Origin: Octopus vulgaris
Lineage: Eukaryota
Direction of reading: 5' to 3'
Assembly: GCA_951406725.2 (NCBI GenBank)
Contig: OX597815.1
Span: 186,248,001 to 186,312,000, forward strand
Length of the DNA: 64,000 nucleotides
The notes beneath the pieces were generated by a model that was given only the letters and a program-made list of their open reading frames with translations, did not search any database and was not told where the DNA came from. The position numbers and the translations under genes are program-made. Every line of letters begins with the position of its first letter. Within the stretch, counting starts at the first letter, position 1. Below, in pieces: positions 39,044-53,080 of this stretch.

Positions 39044-40075
39044 ATAATAAGGCTTTAAAAGATAGTGGTTTTAGGGGAAAAATAAAATATACACCTATGA
39101 CTAGCCCAACAGTAAGGAAAAGGAATAATAGAAATAGGAAGGTCATCTGGTTTACGCCCCCTTACTCACCCGAGGTGGCCTTCAATATAGGTAAATATTT
39201 CCTAGCACTGATAGATAGACATTTTCCAGTTAACCATACTTATAGGAAACTCTTCAATAGACACAATTTAAAAATTAGTTTTAGTTCAACTACCAATTTT
39301 AAAAACATAATCAAACATAACATACAAAAAAACACAACAAGAAAACAGCTGTTCATGCAGGAATAAAGAATTGTGCCCGCTAAATGGAGCTTGCATGTCC
39401 AAGACCATCATATATGAAGCTACCGTAAACTCTATAACCACTAAAGACACCGTTTCGACGAAGAAATACGTGGGCCTTACAGAGGGTAATTTCAAGGCCA
39501 GGTTCAATAACCACACTTTGAGCTTTAGGCACTGGAACAAAAGAAAAGCGACACAATTATCTAATCATATTTGGTCTTTAAGAGATAAAGGTGTCGATTA
39601 TAACATACAATGGAAGATTTTGGCCAGATGTAAGCCCTATACCAACGGCAGCGGAAGGTGCGGTCTATGCGACATGGAGAGATGGCTTATCTGGAAAAGC
39701 AGCTTAGACCCTACTACATGTCTAAATACAAGGACAGAACTTTTCGGATCATGCCCACATGTGACTAAATTTCTGTTACGTTTCTGGTCCCCTAAAGAAA
39801 ACAGATAGAACATGCTTTCTATGTTATGTTCCAAGAAGATTTTATATATTTTTATATTTTTTATGTATTTTTATATAATTTTTATGACGAAAAATACGAG
39901 CGATGTATAAGTACGCAGGCAAGCAGAGTTATAACACAGTAATTTCCCTTTATTTAACGGTATTTTTTCATATCGTTTTCAAATAGCCAGATAACCGAAG
40001 AGATGGTGTTGTGGATTTCCACTTCGGCATCTGAAACTCAGAGTTTTATCTTGACTATCGAGTAATGTAACATAT
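39044..40075 (+). mobile_element. Penelope-like element 3' portion, right arm of palindrome
   Basis: ORFs 39097-39366 and 39371-39808 are near-identical to the left-arm ORFs. Confidence 0.9.
39984..40057 (+). ncRNA. Hammerhead-like motif in the PLE 3' UTR (right arm)
   Basis: agataa-CCGAAGA-gatg...catc-t-GAAAC-tcaga-GTT-ttatct; stem I agataa/ttatct; U4C variant core. Confidence 0.6.
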
Positions 40076-40176
40076 ATATATTTTTATATATATATATATG
40101 TACATATATATATATATATATATATGTACATATATATATATATATATGTATACATATATATATGCATATATTTACA

Positions 40177-40230
<54 letters not shown>

Positions 40231-40251
40231 CACATGCATATATGTATATGT

Positions 40252-40500
40252 AGAGACGCGTGGCTTAGTGGTTAGGATGTCAGCATCATAATTGCAAGAT
40301 TGTGGTTTCGATTCCTGGACCGGGCGATGCGTTGTTCTTGAGCAAAACACTTCATTTCACGTTGCTCCAGTCTACTCAGCTGGCAAAAATGAGTAACGCT
40401 GCGATGGACTGGCGTCCCGTCCAGCTGGGAAACACATAAGCCATAGAAACAGGGAAACCGGGCCCATGACCCTGGCTAGGCTTTAAAGGGGTGTATTTAT
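40252..40500 (+). mobile_element. tRNA-derived SINE (family C type)
   Basis: A/B boxes plus cttgagcaaaacacttcatttcacgttgctccagt. Confidence 0.85.
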
Positions 40501-40641
40501 TTTTTAATTTTTTTATATATGTATATAAATAGATATGTGTATTTTTCCCTTGTAAACAATTAACACGGAAAAAATAGATAAGTAACTTTTTAACAGAAAA
40601 TCCATCATTTTCTGTTAAAATGTCTTATTGACGAGTTTCAT

Positions 40642-40742
40642 TTCTTCACTTCCCTGAAGAGAAGATGACATTGTTTTCACCATTTTATTCCTTTGGAATA
40701 ATATCAGTGATATCTTTGAAACATGTGTCGGAAGTAAAAGAA
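40642..40742 (+). ncRNA. Type I hammerhead ribozyme
   Basis: acttcc-CTGAAGA(40654-60)-gaagat...atcttt-GAAAC(40718-22)-atgt-GTC(40727-29)-ggaagt; stem I extends ttctt/aagaa; palindromic acatgt. Confidence 0.8.
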
Positions 40743-40780
40743 TTTTATTTACACCTGCGTTAAACTCCATTTATTTATTC

Positions 40781-40832
<52 letters not shown>

Positions 40833-40844
40833 ATTTATATCTAT

Positions 40845-40902
<58 letters not shown>

Positions 40903-41080
40903 TCGCTTGAAGCATTGTAGGAGAGATGTGGACCAATAAACGAATATAAAGAAAGTTTCTAGCAATGAAACAATAGAATAAGTTTTAGAAAGACCTTTAT
41001 ACATAAAGCGTAAACACAACCCTCAGAAGTAAGCAGTCTGAGCTGTGAAATTATACAACGCAACGAATATATTTTTTAAA

Positions 41081-42270
<1,190 letters not shown>

Positions 42271-42764
42271 ATTGCCTGAACAGTAGATACAGCGGCAAGC
42301 AAACATAATTAATGAGAAAAAAACGAATGCAGAACTGTGAAAAATATGTTATTGGAATATGAGCATCAGCTACACTATTAGCCATAATTGATCGTGAATA
42401 ACGCTTTAAATGCTGTCTTACATTATAAACACGGCTAATGGTGAACGTTAGTAGATAATGCAAAATGGGTTAGATTTTGCGGATGTGTCTGAGAATTTTG
42501 TCAGTATCAAAGCGGACGCCATTATCTTTTGTATCATGACAACATAGGTAAAAACATTAAAATTCGAGAGGCGCTGCAACAAATGGAGAGAGATAAGATA
42601 TCATGCGCTTTACACGAGTGAGAGATGATGGAATGGTCGTGTTTAGAGCTTAGGTCTGAATAAACATGAGTGAGGAAGATAATGATATGAACACACCTGT
42701 CTATAAAACTACTATATCGCCCTCTCGCTCTTCCTCTTTCTTTCGTTATATATATTTATACATG

Positions 42765-42942
<178 letters not shown>

Positions 42943-43534
42943 CATATATGTGAGTGTGTGTGTATGTGAGTGAGTGAGAGAGAGAGAGAGAGATTATGCA
43001 TGTGAACACGTACACATGTACATATATGTGTCGGTTTTGTGATGCAAACAGGGAAACTAGACCTCAAAAGATGAGTGTATATACACTTTAAATTAATATT
43101 TATCACAAGCAACTGAGTGACTCAAGGGACAAGAGTTTGGTGCGATAGCACTCACCATGTACATGGCGCATTGCTAGATAAATCAATAGTTACTTATTTG
43201 AAAACCGTTGCTGTGGTGATTTGCAGTGGATGTGTAATGCGTTTTTTTTTTTTGTTTCTTTTTTTGTTCTCTTCAGTAAACTGAACCGAAACTTGGAATT
43301 ACCTTAAAATGTGTTTTGGGGGTTTGAATGTTTCTCATTAGAAAAAGGTTTATCGTTAATCTTTGGCTATAGAACTACAAACTTAAATCCTAATACATAG
43401 GGCAGTAACTTATCATGATATAACGCCAGCAGTTTTCTTCAGTTGCATATAATAACTGTATCAGTGTGTTACATACTTCATCTATAATATATATCTACAC
43501 ACAACATAATATTAATCATATTTGAAACATGTAC

Positions 43535-43928
43535 AGGCGCAGTAAGTAGCTTGCTTACACACCACATGGTTCCGGGTTCAGTCCCACTGCGTGGCATCTT
43601 GGGCAAGTGTCTTCTGCTATAGCCCCAGGCCGACCAATGCCTTCTGAGTGGATTTGGTACACGGAAACTGAAAGAAGCCTGTCGTATATATGTATATATA
43701 TATGTGTGTGTTTGTGTGTCTGTGCTTGTCCCTCTAGCATTGCTTGACAACCGATGCTGGTGTGTTTACGTCCCCGTCACTTAGCGGTTCGGCAAAAGAG
43801 ACCGATAGAATAAGTACTGGGCTTACAAAGAATAAGTCCCGGGGTCGATTTACTCGACTAAAGGCGGTGCTCCAGCATGGCCTCAGTCATATGACTGAAA
43901 CAAGTAAAAGGGTAAAAGAGTAAAGAGA
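43535..43928 (+). mobile_element. SINE family B, near full length
   Basis: Highly similar to 6064-6470. Confidence 0.88.
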
Positions 43929-44514
43929 GTTGCTCATTTTACGGGTATTTGAAAGCCACATTTACAGAAATTGCAACCGAAGAGAAAAGAAATAATTACT
44001 CATTTCCGTACACAAAACAGTTTCAAGTATGAGCACCGCTCCTTCAGAACTGCACGCTTATATCATGGTTACTATTAAATAGTAGCTTTTCAAGATAAGT
44101 CGTTCTTACCTATATTCTTCTGCACTATTTTGATTTAGGGCTTTCAGATAGATAACCGCAGATTTATGTATATAATATATGTTTCAAACCTGCTCAGACA
44201 TGATCGTTGTTATACAAATATATATTATTAAATTAAACGGAGGCGCAATGGCTCAGTGGTTAGGGGGCACCGGACTCACTTGAGCAACATTACTGCACAT
44301 CAGTAAATAGATTTGTCTACATATGTCTGCATACGTCTACATATGTCTATATATGTTTACATATATATACGGTACTTTCAATTTCGTAGGGCACCGATGA
44401 GCAGCAGAAACGGCGAAGTACTGATATCTGTTCTCGTTCACGTTCGAGGCGGTTGGTTTCACTTCACGTACCTTAGAAGTATAATGTTTTGTTTTATAGT
44501 GCATTAAGTATTGA

Positions 44515-44549
<35 letters not shown>

Positions 44550-45052
44550 CACATACAAAGACACACACACACACACATACATATATATATAATACCTCAA
44601 GGTAATTTTTTCATGAACAATCATAAAACTCAAGATACACAACGAACTCACAATGTATCGGAGTAATTATTTTTTAATTTTTGTACATTTTTATCATTAT
44701 TCTTTTGCAAAAAACAATGCAATTTTCTTTTTTTTCCCTTTCTAATTTTTAAAAAAACCTTTTAAAACATAAATGTTCTTGACAAGTCATACAATGACGA
44801 AAACCGGTTGAATAAATATATATTTATATATTTTATCAATTTCTCATTTTATAAAAATTTTCTTTCATTTGAGCATTCTGCATTTTAAAAAAAATTTTTC
44901 CTTACTTATATATATATATATATTTGATAACCAGCTGATCTAGCAAGCTGGGCTTGATATCAGTGAGGTAGGGCCGGTGCACATTGCGGATATTTTTATT
45001 GGTAGTACTTGCACGTGCAAGTTGTTTGCAAGACACCTACACACACACACAA

Positions 45053-45109
<57 letters not shown>

Positions 45110-46107
45110 CCTTCATACATATAGAGAGATAGAGCATATTATTGAAAAGTATGTGTACAAAAGAAATCCATTTGAATCGAGAATTGTTAAACTTATAAAT
45201 ACATTTATGGTATTATACAGCCAAACTTCTAAATAACAGATTCGCATTTAATCCTCTGTAAACATATAGTTTATATCAACAGTTTATATATTGATTTCAT
45301 ATAAGTTTAATTAACTTCAGAAATATATGAATGTATCTTTCTCTTAAGCGTTTTCTTAGAATGTTTTATAATAAATTTAACCGAGAAAAAATATTTTTAT
45401 ATTGAAGATGTTTTGATAAATGTAGGTAAATCTCTTCATTCAACCTAGAGTGACACATGGAATCAATGCAAGGAATACATATGCAGTATTGCTGCAGGAA
45501 TTTATGTTGTAATAACAGAATCATAAAATCCAATATACAATTTTTCTTAAAAAACAAAACTGAAAACGCTAGAAATGTAAACTGACATCTCGAGACACAC
45601 ACATGGATGTTTGTTTAATTAAAATCATACAAACTCATAAAGATCTAGCGATGCTTTTAGAGTGATACTCACATCTCAAAAACATAAATGGTTCTTTCAT
45701 GAATAGAGTAGTTATCTTCGGGTTTTTATTCTTTACATACACACAGAACTTATTCGTAAAGATTTATAATTATACAAATGTGTATTTCAAATGATACTGA
45801 GATATCAAAAATCCAAGCGCTTTTGGCATTGTTATTATGGTCTTGTTGATCCCAAAGTAGTTATTCTTTGTTTACATATTTATCATTTTTAGATACATTT
45901 CTAGATAAAATGATCCTGGAAAATTTTATGATCTTTAGTTTTAGATATAATATCTCTCAACAGAGAACAATTGTGAGATCGTAAGAAGTATTAATCCCAA
46001 AAAAATGCATACTAAATCTGAAAGAGTAATTATATTATGATAGCTCAATAATACAATTTGTGATATTTTTCACCACAAGGCCGTGATATTTTTTATGAAA
46101 ATATCCT

Positions 46108-46686
46108 TTTCTACTTTAGACACAAGGTCCGAAATTTTAGGGAGGGGGCCAGTCGATTAGATCGACTCCAGTACGCAACAGGTGCTTAATTTATCGACCC
46201 CCGAAAGGAGGAAAAGCAAAATCGACCTCAGCTGAATTTGAACTCAGAACGTAAAACCCCACGAAATGCCTATTTCTTTACTACCCACAAGGGTCTAAAT
46301 ACAGAGAGGATAAACAAGGACAGACAAACGGATTAAGTCGATTATATCGACCCCAGTGCGTAACTGGTAATTATTTAATCGACCCCGAAAGGATGAAAGG
46401 CAAAGTCGACCTCGGCGGAATTTGAACTCAGAACGTAACCGCAGACGAAATACCTATTTCTTTACTACCCACAAGCGGCTAAACACAGAGAGGACAAACA
46501 AGGACAGACAAACGTATTAAATCGATTATATCGACCCCAGTGCGTAACTGGTACTTAATTTATCGACCCCGAAAGGATGAAAGGCGAAGTCGACCTCGGC
46601 GGAATTTGAACTCAGAACGTAAAGACAGACGAAATACCGGTAAGCATTTCGCCCGGCGCGCTAACGATTCTGCCAGCTCACCGCCT
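46108..46686 (-). mobile_element. SINE family A with triplicated body
   Basis: One head at 46686 followed by three ~180-bp body units. Confidence 0.87.
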
Positions 46687-47419
46687 TTTTTTTATGAAAA
46701 TATTGATAAGACATATATTGCTATGCCTCCATCATAGCTGGGCAACACGCACTGATAATTCTTTCATATCTTTTAGAGTCCGTTGATTTAAGAACAATGT
46801 CATCACTTCTTTTACTGCTTCCGAGAAGTAGTTTATGTAGCTTATAGTTAAATAATTGTGAACTGCGAAGTACACGCAATATAAGAGCCGTATATCAGAT
46901 AGGTATTCACTTGAAAAAGCTATATGACGAACTTGGCTGTTCAGATATTCTTCTCGGCTATTTATGAATCCCTGAATGCCACAATGTCGGTATTATCGCG
47001 AACAATCGTTGTCGCTCTTATGATGTTAAAAATGTTCGTTAATAATTAGATTCATTAAAGATTTAAATTTGACTTTCTAAAGCCTAAGCCTCCGATGTTG
47101 TTGTTGGTGCAGGAAATGAACCGGGGTAAGATCATGTTTTGACCTTTGATATTTAAGTATTCTGCACACAAACGTCAGAAAAACGCATGAATTATATATT
47201 TTTCTGAAGGGTTATTGCCCGTAACTCACTTTCACACTGCCATGTGTTGAGAATACACCTCTTGTAGTTCACTACATTGATAGCTTGTTATTTTTGTGTT
47301 TAATGCTAAAATATACGTGTGGAACTTTTCACATAATTTATATCTTAAGAGACCAAATAGATTGCAAGTTTAAAGTCTGTCCATAAGATTATAGACATCT
47401 GCAGATTTTGAGAAGATAT

Positions 47420-47632
47420 ATGTTTGTGTGTCTGCGTTTGTCACCCCAACATCGTTTGACAACCGATGCTGGTGTGTATACGTCCCCGTAACTTAGCGGT
47501 TCGGCAAAAGAGACCGATAGAATAAGTACTAGGCTTACAAAGAATAAGTCCTGGGGTCGATTTGCTCGACTAAAGGCGGTGCTCCAGCATGGCCACATTT
47601 AAATGACTAAAACAAGTAAAAGAATAAAAGAA
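47420..47632 (+). mobile_element. SINE family B, 3' half
   Basis: gacaaccgatgctggtgtg...aaggcggtgctccagcatggcc. Confidence 0.85.
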
Positions 47633-49575
47633 TATATTTACAATTTTAATATTCCCTCTCACAGCTAAGGTTTCAAAATATGTAAATTCATATCAGTTGT
47701 TTTGATCCAAGCTGTGTTGTTGATAAATTAAATATGATATTGTCCAATTAATGACGAGCCATCCAAAGTACAATCTCGCAAATTAAACAAACCACTCTTT
47801 GGGTAGTTTGTTTCCATTTCGTTCTATAATTGAACCCAACATTCAGTTAAGAAGCAATTTGGACATTGACCATCAGAGGAGTGGTTTGTTTAATTTGCAA
47901 AGTTCAGCAAGAGCGAGACAGAGTGTTGTGTGGACGCGCCCAGATTGATGAAGTAGGCTAGTCCAATACGTAGATATAGAGGGAGAAGACTAGATGTCAG
48001 AAGCACAGCTGTGTAGACTAGAGTAAGAGTCGAGTAGGTGAAGGCATCTGAACGTACGACATAACAGAGAGAGAGAGAAGGGGAGAGAGAGAATGGGAGA
48101 GAGAAAGACAAACATATGCACGGGTACATAGCAAATATGTATTAAAAATATGTTTATAGTATTTTCACGATTTAGAAACCTAGAAATGGACTAAAATGCT
48201 GGCATTATTGCAGCTAGTACGGAGTAACGCCGTTAGTAGGATGGTGAGAAGGGGTGTCGAAGAGAAAGAGGGGATATTATGCAAAGAGAAGTTAAGCTAA
48301 GTTAGGAGGAATGGAGGACAGGAGGAAAGAACAGGTAGAGGAAAGTGATAATTGCGAAATAAACAAGTAGTGATGGGGGAAACAAAGGCTAGGAATGAAA
48401 GATGAAAAAATTGAAAAACTGAAGGAAAAATTATGGAAAATGTAGAATATCGACAAGATGAAATAACGAAAAAATGAGAAGATGACGGGAAACTGGGGGA
48501 AGTGTGAAAGGTTTTGATAGATTGCATGAACAAGGAACAGTGAACACTGAGGAAGCCCTTGGAAATCCCCGTTTGAAAACCTTAATACCTTATTTTGCGA
48601 CTATTTCCTGACTAGAATCAGATCTTTGATGGCTGCAACAACATAACTTTCAAAAGAGCTATGGGCACAACTAATAAATGATTAATATAAAATAATGTAA
48701 TAAAATTACATGCATATGTGTGAATATTTGTACGTATACATGTGTTAGGTCGCCTTCTACTCAACTCCTCCAACTGCTACTCTACTACTGTCGACTACTC
48801 TACTCTGCTTGACTTTTAGTCTACCTACTACTCTGACGTCTGACTTCTCCCTCTATGTCTACGTATTGGGCTAGTCTACTTCATAGTCTGGGGTCGTCTA
48901 CACAACATGTATGTATGTATGTATTTTCATTTTCTGGGACAAATATTTAGATAAGAGCGAGGAAAACGTAAAACATATTAAGATGTAAAAACAAACGGAA
49001 ACCAGAAAGTGTATTTTTGACTGAATTATAAAAATATAACTACATTCTGACAATAATACTACCTCACTTCTAAATTATGTATTCCCATTAAAAAAACCCG
49101 TAAGCATAAAGTTAATATCAAGGTTCCTATACTTTAGGTTTATATTAAGGTAAATTAACTTCGAAAATATGTGAAGTGCTATCTCCCTTAAATATTTTGT
49201 AACAATAGTTGTTGATAAATTCAACAGAAAAACTATATTATTGAAGATGTGATATATGCACAGTAAAATCTCTTCATTTTCCCTAAAGTGTCTTATGGAA
49301 TAAATTTTATAAATATAAACACATTAAATCTGGAAATGCCAATGCTATAATTAGTGAATCAGAAAAATATCAGATACAATTTTCCCGAATGCATCAATAT
49401 CTTTATGGAAAATGCTAGTAATATATGTTAACATCTCAAAAGACATGAAGCTTAGGTTGATTCAAACTAAAAAAATTTAAACAATGTGAAATGATAATAA
49501 CATACGGGATCTTTTTCGGTTTGAACGGTAGTTTTTTCTAGCAGTGTCATATGAAATTGTCACCCATAATTATGA

Positions 49576-49748
49576 CACAAAAAACGTTAGATTCATTGAA
49601 CATTTAAATTTAATTTGCCAAAATATTTTCGTCGCTTTGAGACCGCGACCTCTTCACTAATACGGAATTTTGTCAGTGGTTTCAAAACGACGAACATATT
49701 TTTGACAAATTATATTTAAATATTGAAGTGAATCTAACGGTTTTTGTG
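49576..49748. repeat. Inverted repeat (~70-bp arms) with variant hammerhead-like motif
   Basis: cacaaaaaacgttagattca...ttttcgtcgctttgagacc versus ggtttcaaaacgacgaac...tgaatctaacggtttttgtg. Confidence 0.75.
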
Positions 49749-49839
49749 ACTTTTAAAATGGCTTTTAAATACCTTCCACGCTGCAATTGTTTAGTTAGAT
49801 TATTCTTCTGAAGATAATTTTATCGTTAATGAAAGCAAG

Positions 49840-50109
49840 AAAACCAAGGATGTTACATATTACTGTTTTTCGTACAAGTCGTCCCTGGAATCGTAGTAAA
49901 AGAGGTGTAGTTAAATCACAAAAATGGCCGAGTAAGTAACATCATATTCTCCGCAGGGAACATCCTGGTGGAAAAAACCAAGGATGTTACATATTACTGT
50001 TTTTCGTACAAGACGTCCCCGAAATCGTAGTAAAAGAGGTCTAGTTAAATCACAAAGATGGCCGAGTAAGTAACATCATATTCTCCGCAGGGAACATCCT
50101 GGTGGAAAA
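49840..50109. repeat. Tandem duplication, ~135-bp unit x2
   Basis: aaaccaaggatgttacatattac...catcctggtggaaaa occurs twice. Confidence 0.92.
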
Positions 50110-50650
50110 TTTGTAATTTGTTGAGAGAGCAAGAGGTTGCCTGACTTTATGAAGAACTATTGTTCTCTTTAGTAATGGATCTTGATTGATCACAACGTTT
50201 TAGAAATAAACCTAATGAGAGAAGTAATAATCAATCGTTAATAAGTTATGTTTTTCCCCATCTTTCGAGACATTTTTATAACTGTGAGATACGCAATGGC
50301 ACGGATAATTCAGTGAAACCAATTTGAGGCGAAATTTGTTTACATTACACATTTATAGAATTAAAATGTCCGCATGAAAACATCTTCCCAGTAGACTCCT
50401 AGACACAAACACTTGCTTGTAATTCTCTCTTCACTGTTCTTTTTCTTCTTGCCATTGTTAAAAATTGAATTACGTTTTACATTTCAAGATATTTCCCTTC
50501 AAGCCACGTTTTAATAACATAGAATCAATAAGATATTTTGCATTTTCGAACTCTACAAGTTATGTATGGTGGCAGCCTACATATCGTGTCTATTTGTTTT
50601 CGAAAGTGAATTTCTTTCAGCTGTTCAAAAAATAAAATATCTCATTATGT

Positions 50651-51195
50651 CGTTGGTTGGTTGGTTGGTTGGTTGGTTGGTTGGTTGGTTGGTTGGTTGG
50701 TTGGTTGGTTGGTTGGTTGGTTGGTCGGTCGGTTGTTTGGTTGGTTGGCTGGCTGGTTGGTTGGTTGGTTGGTTGGTTGGTTGGTTGGTTGGTTGGTTGG
50801 TTGGTTGGTTGGTTAGTCTGTCGGTCGGTCGGTCGGTTTGTTGGTTGGTTGACTGGCTGGCTGGTCGGTTGGTTGGTTGGTTGGTTGGTTGGTTGGTTGG
50901 TTGGTTGGCTGGTTGGTTGGTTGGTTGATTGGTTGGTTGGTTGGCTGGTCGATCGGTCGGTAGGTAGGTTGTTTGGTTGGTTGGTTGGTTGGTTGGTTGG
51001 CTGGCTGGCTGGTCGATTGGTTGGTTGGTTGGTTGATCGGTCCGTCGGTTGTTGGTTTGTTTGGTTGGTTGGTTGGTTGGTTGGCTGATCGGTCGGTCGG
51101 TTGTTTGTTTGTTTGGTTGGTTGGTTGGCTGGTTGGTTGGTTGGTTGGCTAATTGGATGGCTGACTGGTTGACCGGCTGGTTAGTTGGATGGTTT
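50651..51195. repeat. (TTGG)n degenerate tetranucleotide tract
   Basis: Directly visible. Confidence 0.95.
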
Positions 51196-51559
51196 GTATA
51201 TCATTAATGTAGTTTTTTAATTTTGTTTACTGTTGTTATTGTTTGGCTGCTTTTTTGGTTTAGATAAACCACGATTGAATTTTAAAAGTCCTATTTAATA
51301 ATACTTTTTGTTCAACATGAATGGTTTTATTGCTTGAACAAGTTTTAAATCTACAAGTGGAAGTCAAAACGCATCTGCACTTTCTCCAAGACTTTCTTAA
51401 GATGGGCCACGCTGCCCTACTACCTTCACTGGTCGTGTGCTTAAACTGAGGTTTCGCTTTGATCACTCCAGTCTCCCTTCTTGTGTTACAGAGTAAAGGG
51501 AGAAGAGAGATCAGTGATCCGATTTCTCTCGTCTGAAGGTGTGTCATTACATACTTTCG

Positions 51560-52600
51560 ATATAATACAGGATCAGTGAGTGTGAGTGGATGGAAGAATT
51601 TAAATGTGAGCAGACAATCCTGGAGCCCGTCAACTCCAAGCTCGAAAAATGGTTCTGGGGAACCACAGAGTGACCAAGTTCCCTTCAAATTAGTCATGGT
51701 TTTGCATTCGAAATTATCCACGATAAGCTTCACTTCTGCCGAGAGAATCTCCTAGACTCATAAGTGCAATCGTGTGGACGTCTATCAATGCTTACTCGAT
51801 CAATAACGCTCAAGGTAAAGCTATTTTGGAGAGAAAAATCCCGTGAGAAGAGTCCTTGACCCATCATTTTGAGTCAGAATCCAAAATGTAGAATATGGAG
51901 TGGAAACACACGGACTCGCTAATTAAGAGGGAAAAAAATTCAAGACTCAACCTTCCGAACAAAAAAGTGACGCTAACCCGTTTTGGGATCACAAAAGGGG
52001 TAGTTCTGGAACATTACCTAGAGTAAAAGGGTCAAAAGTCATCAATGTAGGCTACAGTGGGAAGATGTGGAAGCACATGGCCTAGTGGTTAGAGCAGCGG
52101 ATTCGTGGTCGGGAGATCGCGGGTTCGAATCTCAGACCGGGCGATGTGTGTGTTTATGAGCGAAACACCTAAGCTCCACGCGGCTCAGGCAGAAGGTAAT
52201 GGCGAACTTCTGCTGACTCTTTCGCCACAACTTTCCTCTCACTCTTTCCTCCAGCATCTCGCAGCTCACCTCTGTAGGACAGGCGTCCCGTCCAGGTGGG
52301 GAACCTATACGCCAAGGAAACCAGGAAACCGGCCCTTATGAGCCAGGCATGGCTCCAGAAGGAACAAACAGTGGGAAGCTAGCCAAAAGAAGTGAAACCG
52401 ACAATTCACAGCAAACGCCGTGGCCTATTGTCAAAGTAAGAATGACTGTTGCACGACAATGCATGCCAACATACAGTCGCCCACACCGTTGAAACCATGA
52501 TAAAACTGAGTTACGATTTGCTGGAAAACCTTGCATATAGTCCACACCTCATCTTTCTCGCTATCACTAATTTGAACGCTCAAACATCCTTTATGGGATG
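51560..52600 (+). pseudogene. Decayed mariner transposase interrupted by a SINE
   Basis: Fragments translate to HHFESESK..MEWKHTDS, FKTQPS, FWDHK, SKRRGLLSK and LHDNA. Confidence 0.75.
52065..52367 (+). mobile_element. tRNA(Arg)-like SINE with 11-bp TSD
   Basis: acagtgggaag at 52054-64 and 52368-78; A box tggcctagtggtt, B box ggttcgaatc. Confidence 0.9.
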
Positions 52601-52687
52601 TAAAAGTTACAAACATATGTAATACTATAATGTAATACTTCACGGAATGGCGTATCTGTCTGTATAATATATCCCTGTCAGTATATA

Positions 52688-52917
52688 CTCTTTACTCTCT
52701 CTTTTACTTGTTTCAGTCATTTGACTGCGGCCATGCTGGAGCACCGCCTATAGTCGAGCAAATCGGCCCCAGGACTTATTCTTTGTAAGCCTAGTACTTA
52801 TTCTATCGGTGTCTTTTGCCAAACCGCTAAGTTACGGGGACGCAAATGCACCAGCATCAGTTGTCAAGCGATGTTGGGGGGACAAACATACACACAAACA
52901 TACACACACAAATACAT

Positions 52918-52950
<33 letters not shown>

Positions 52951-53080
52951 CCGGGGTTCTTTCAGTTTCCGTCTACCAAATTCACTCACAAGGCCCGAAA
53001 CACTTACCCAAGGTTGCGACTGAACCCGGAACGATGTGGTTGGTAAGCAAGCTACTTACCACACAGCCACTCCTGCGCCT
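52688..53080 (-). mobile_element. SINE family B
   Basis: Reverse complement of the family B consensus, ending ccactcctgcgcct. Confidence 0.88.

Noticed and set aside
44239-44280. tRNA gene candidates here and at other A/B-box heads
   Set aside because: They are SINE heads or truncated heads; none closes a full cloverleaf with an acceptor stem and terminator.
46108-46686. CRISPR-like array of repeated units
   Set aside because: The units are ~180-bp SINE bodies without unique spacers, in eukaryotic DNA with no cas genes.
51260-51733. 157-aa minus-strand ORF
   Set aside because: It overlaps the antisense strand of the decayed mariner 5' region and has no recognisable domain.
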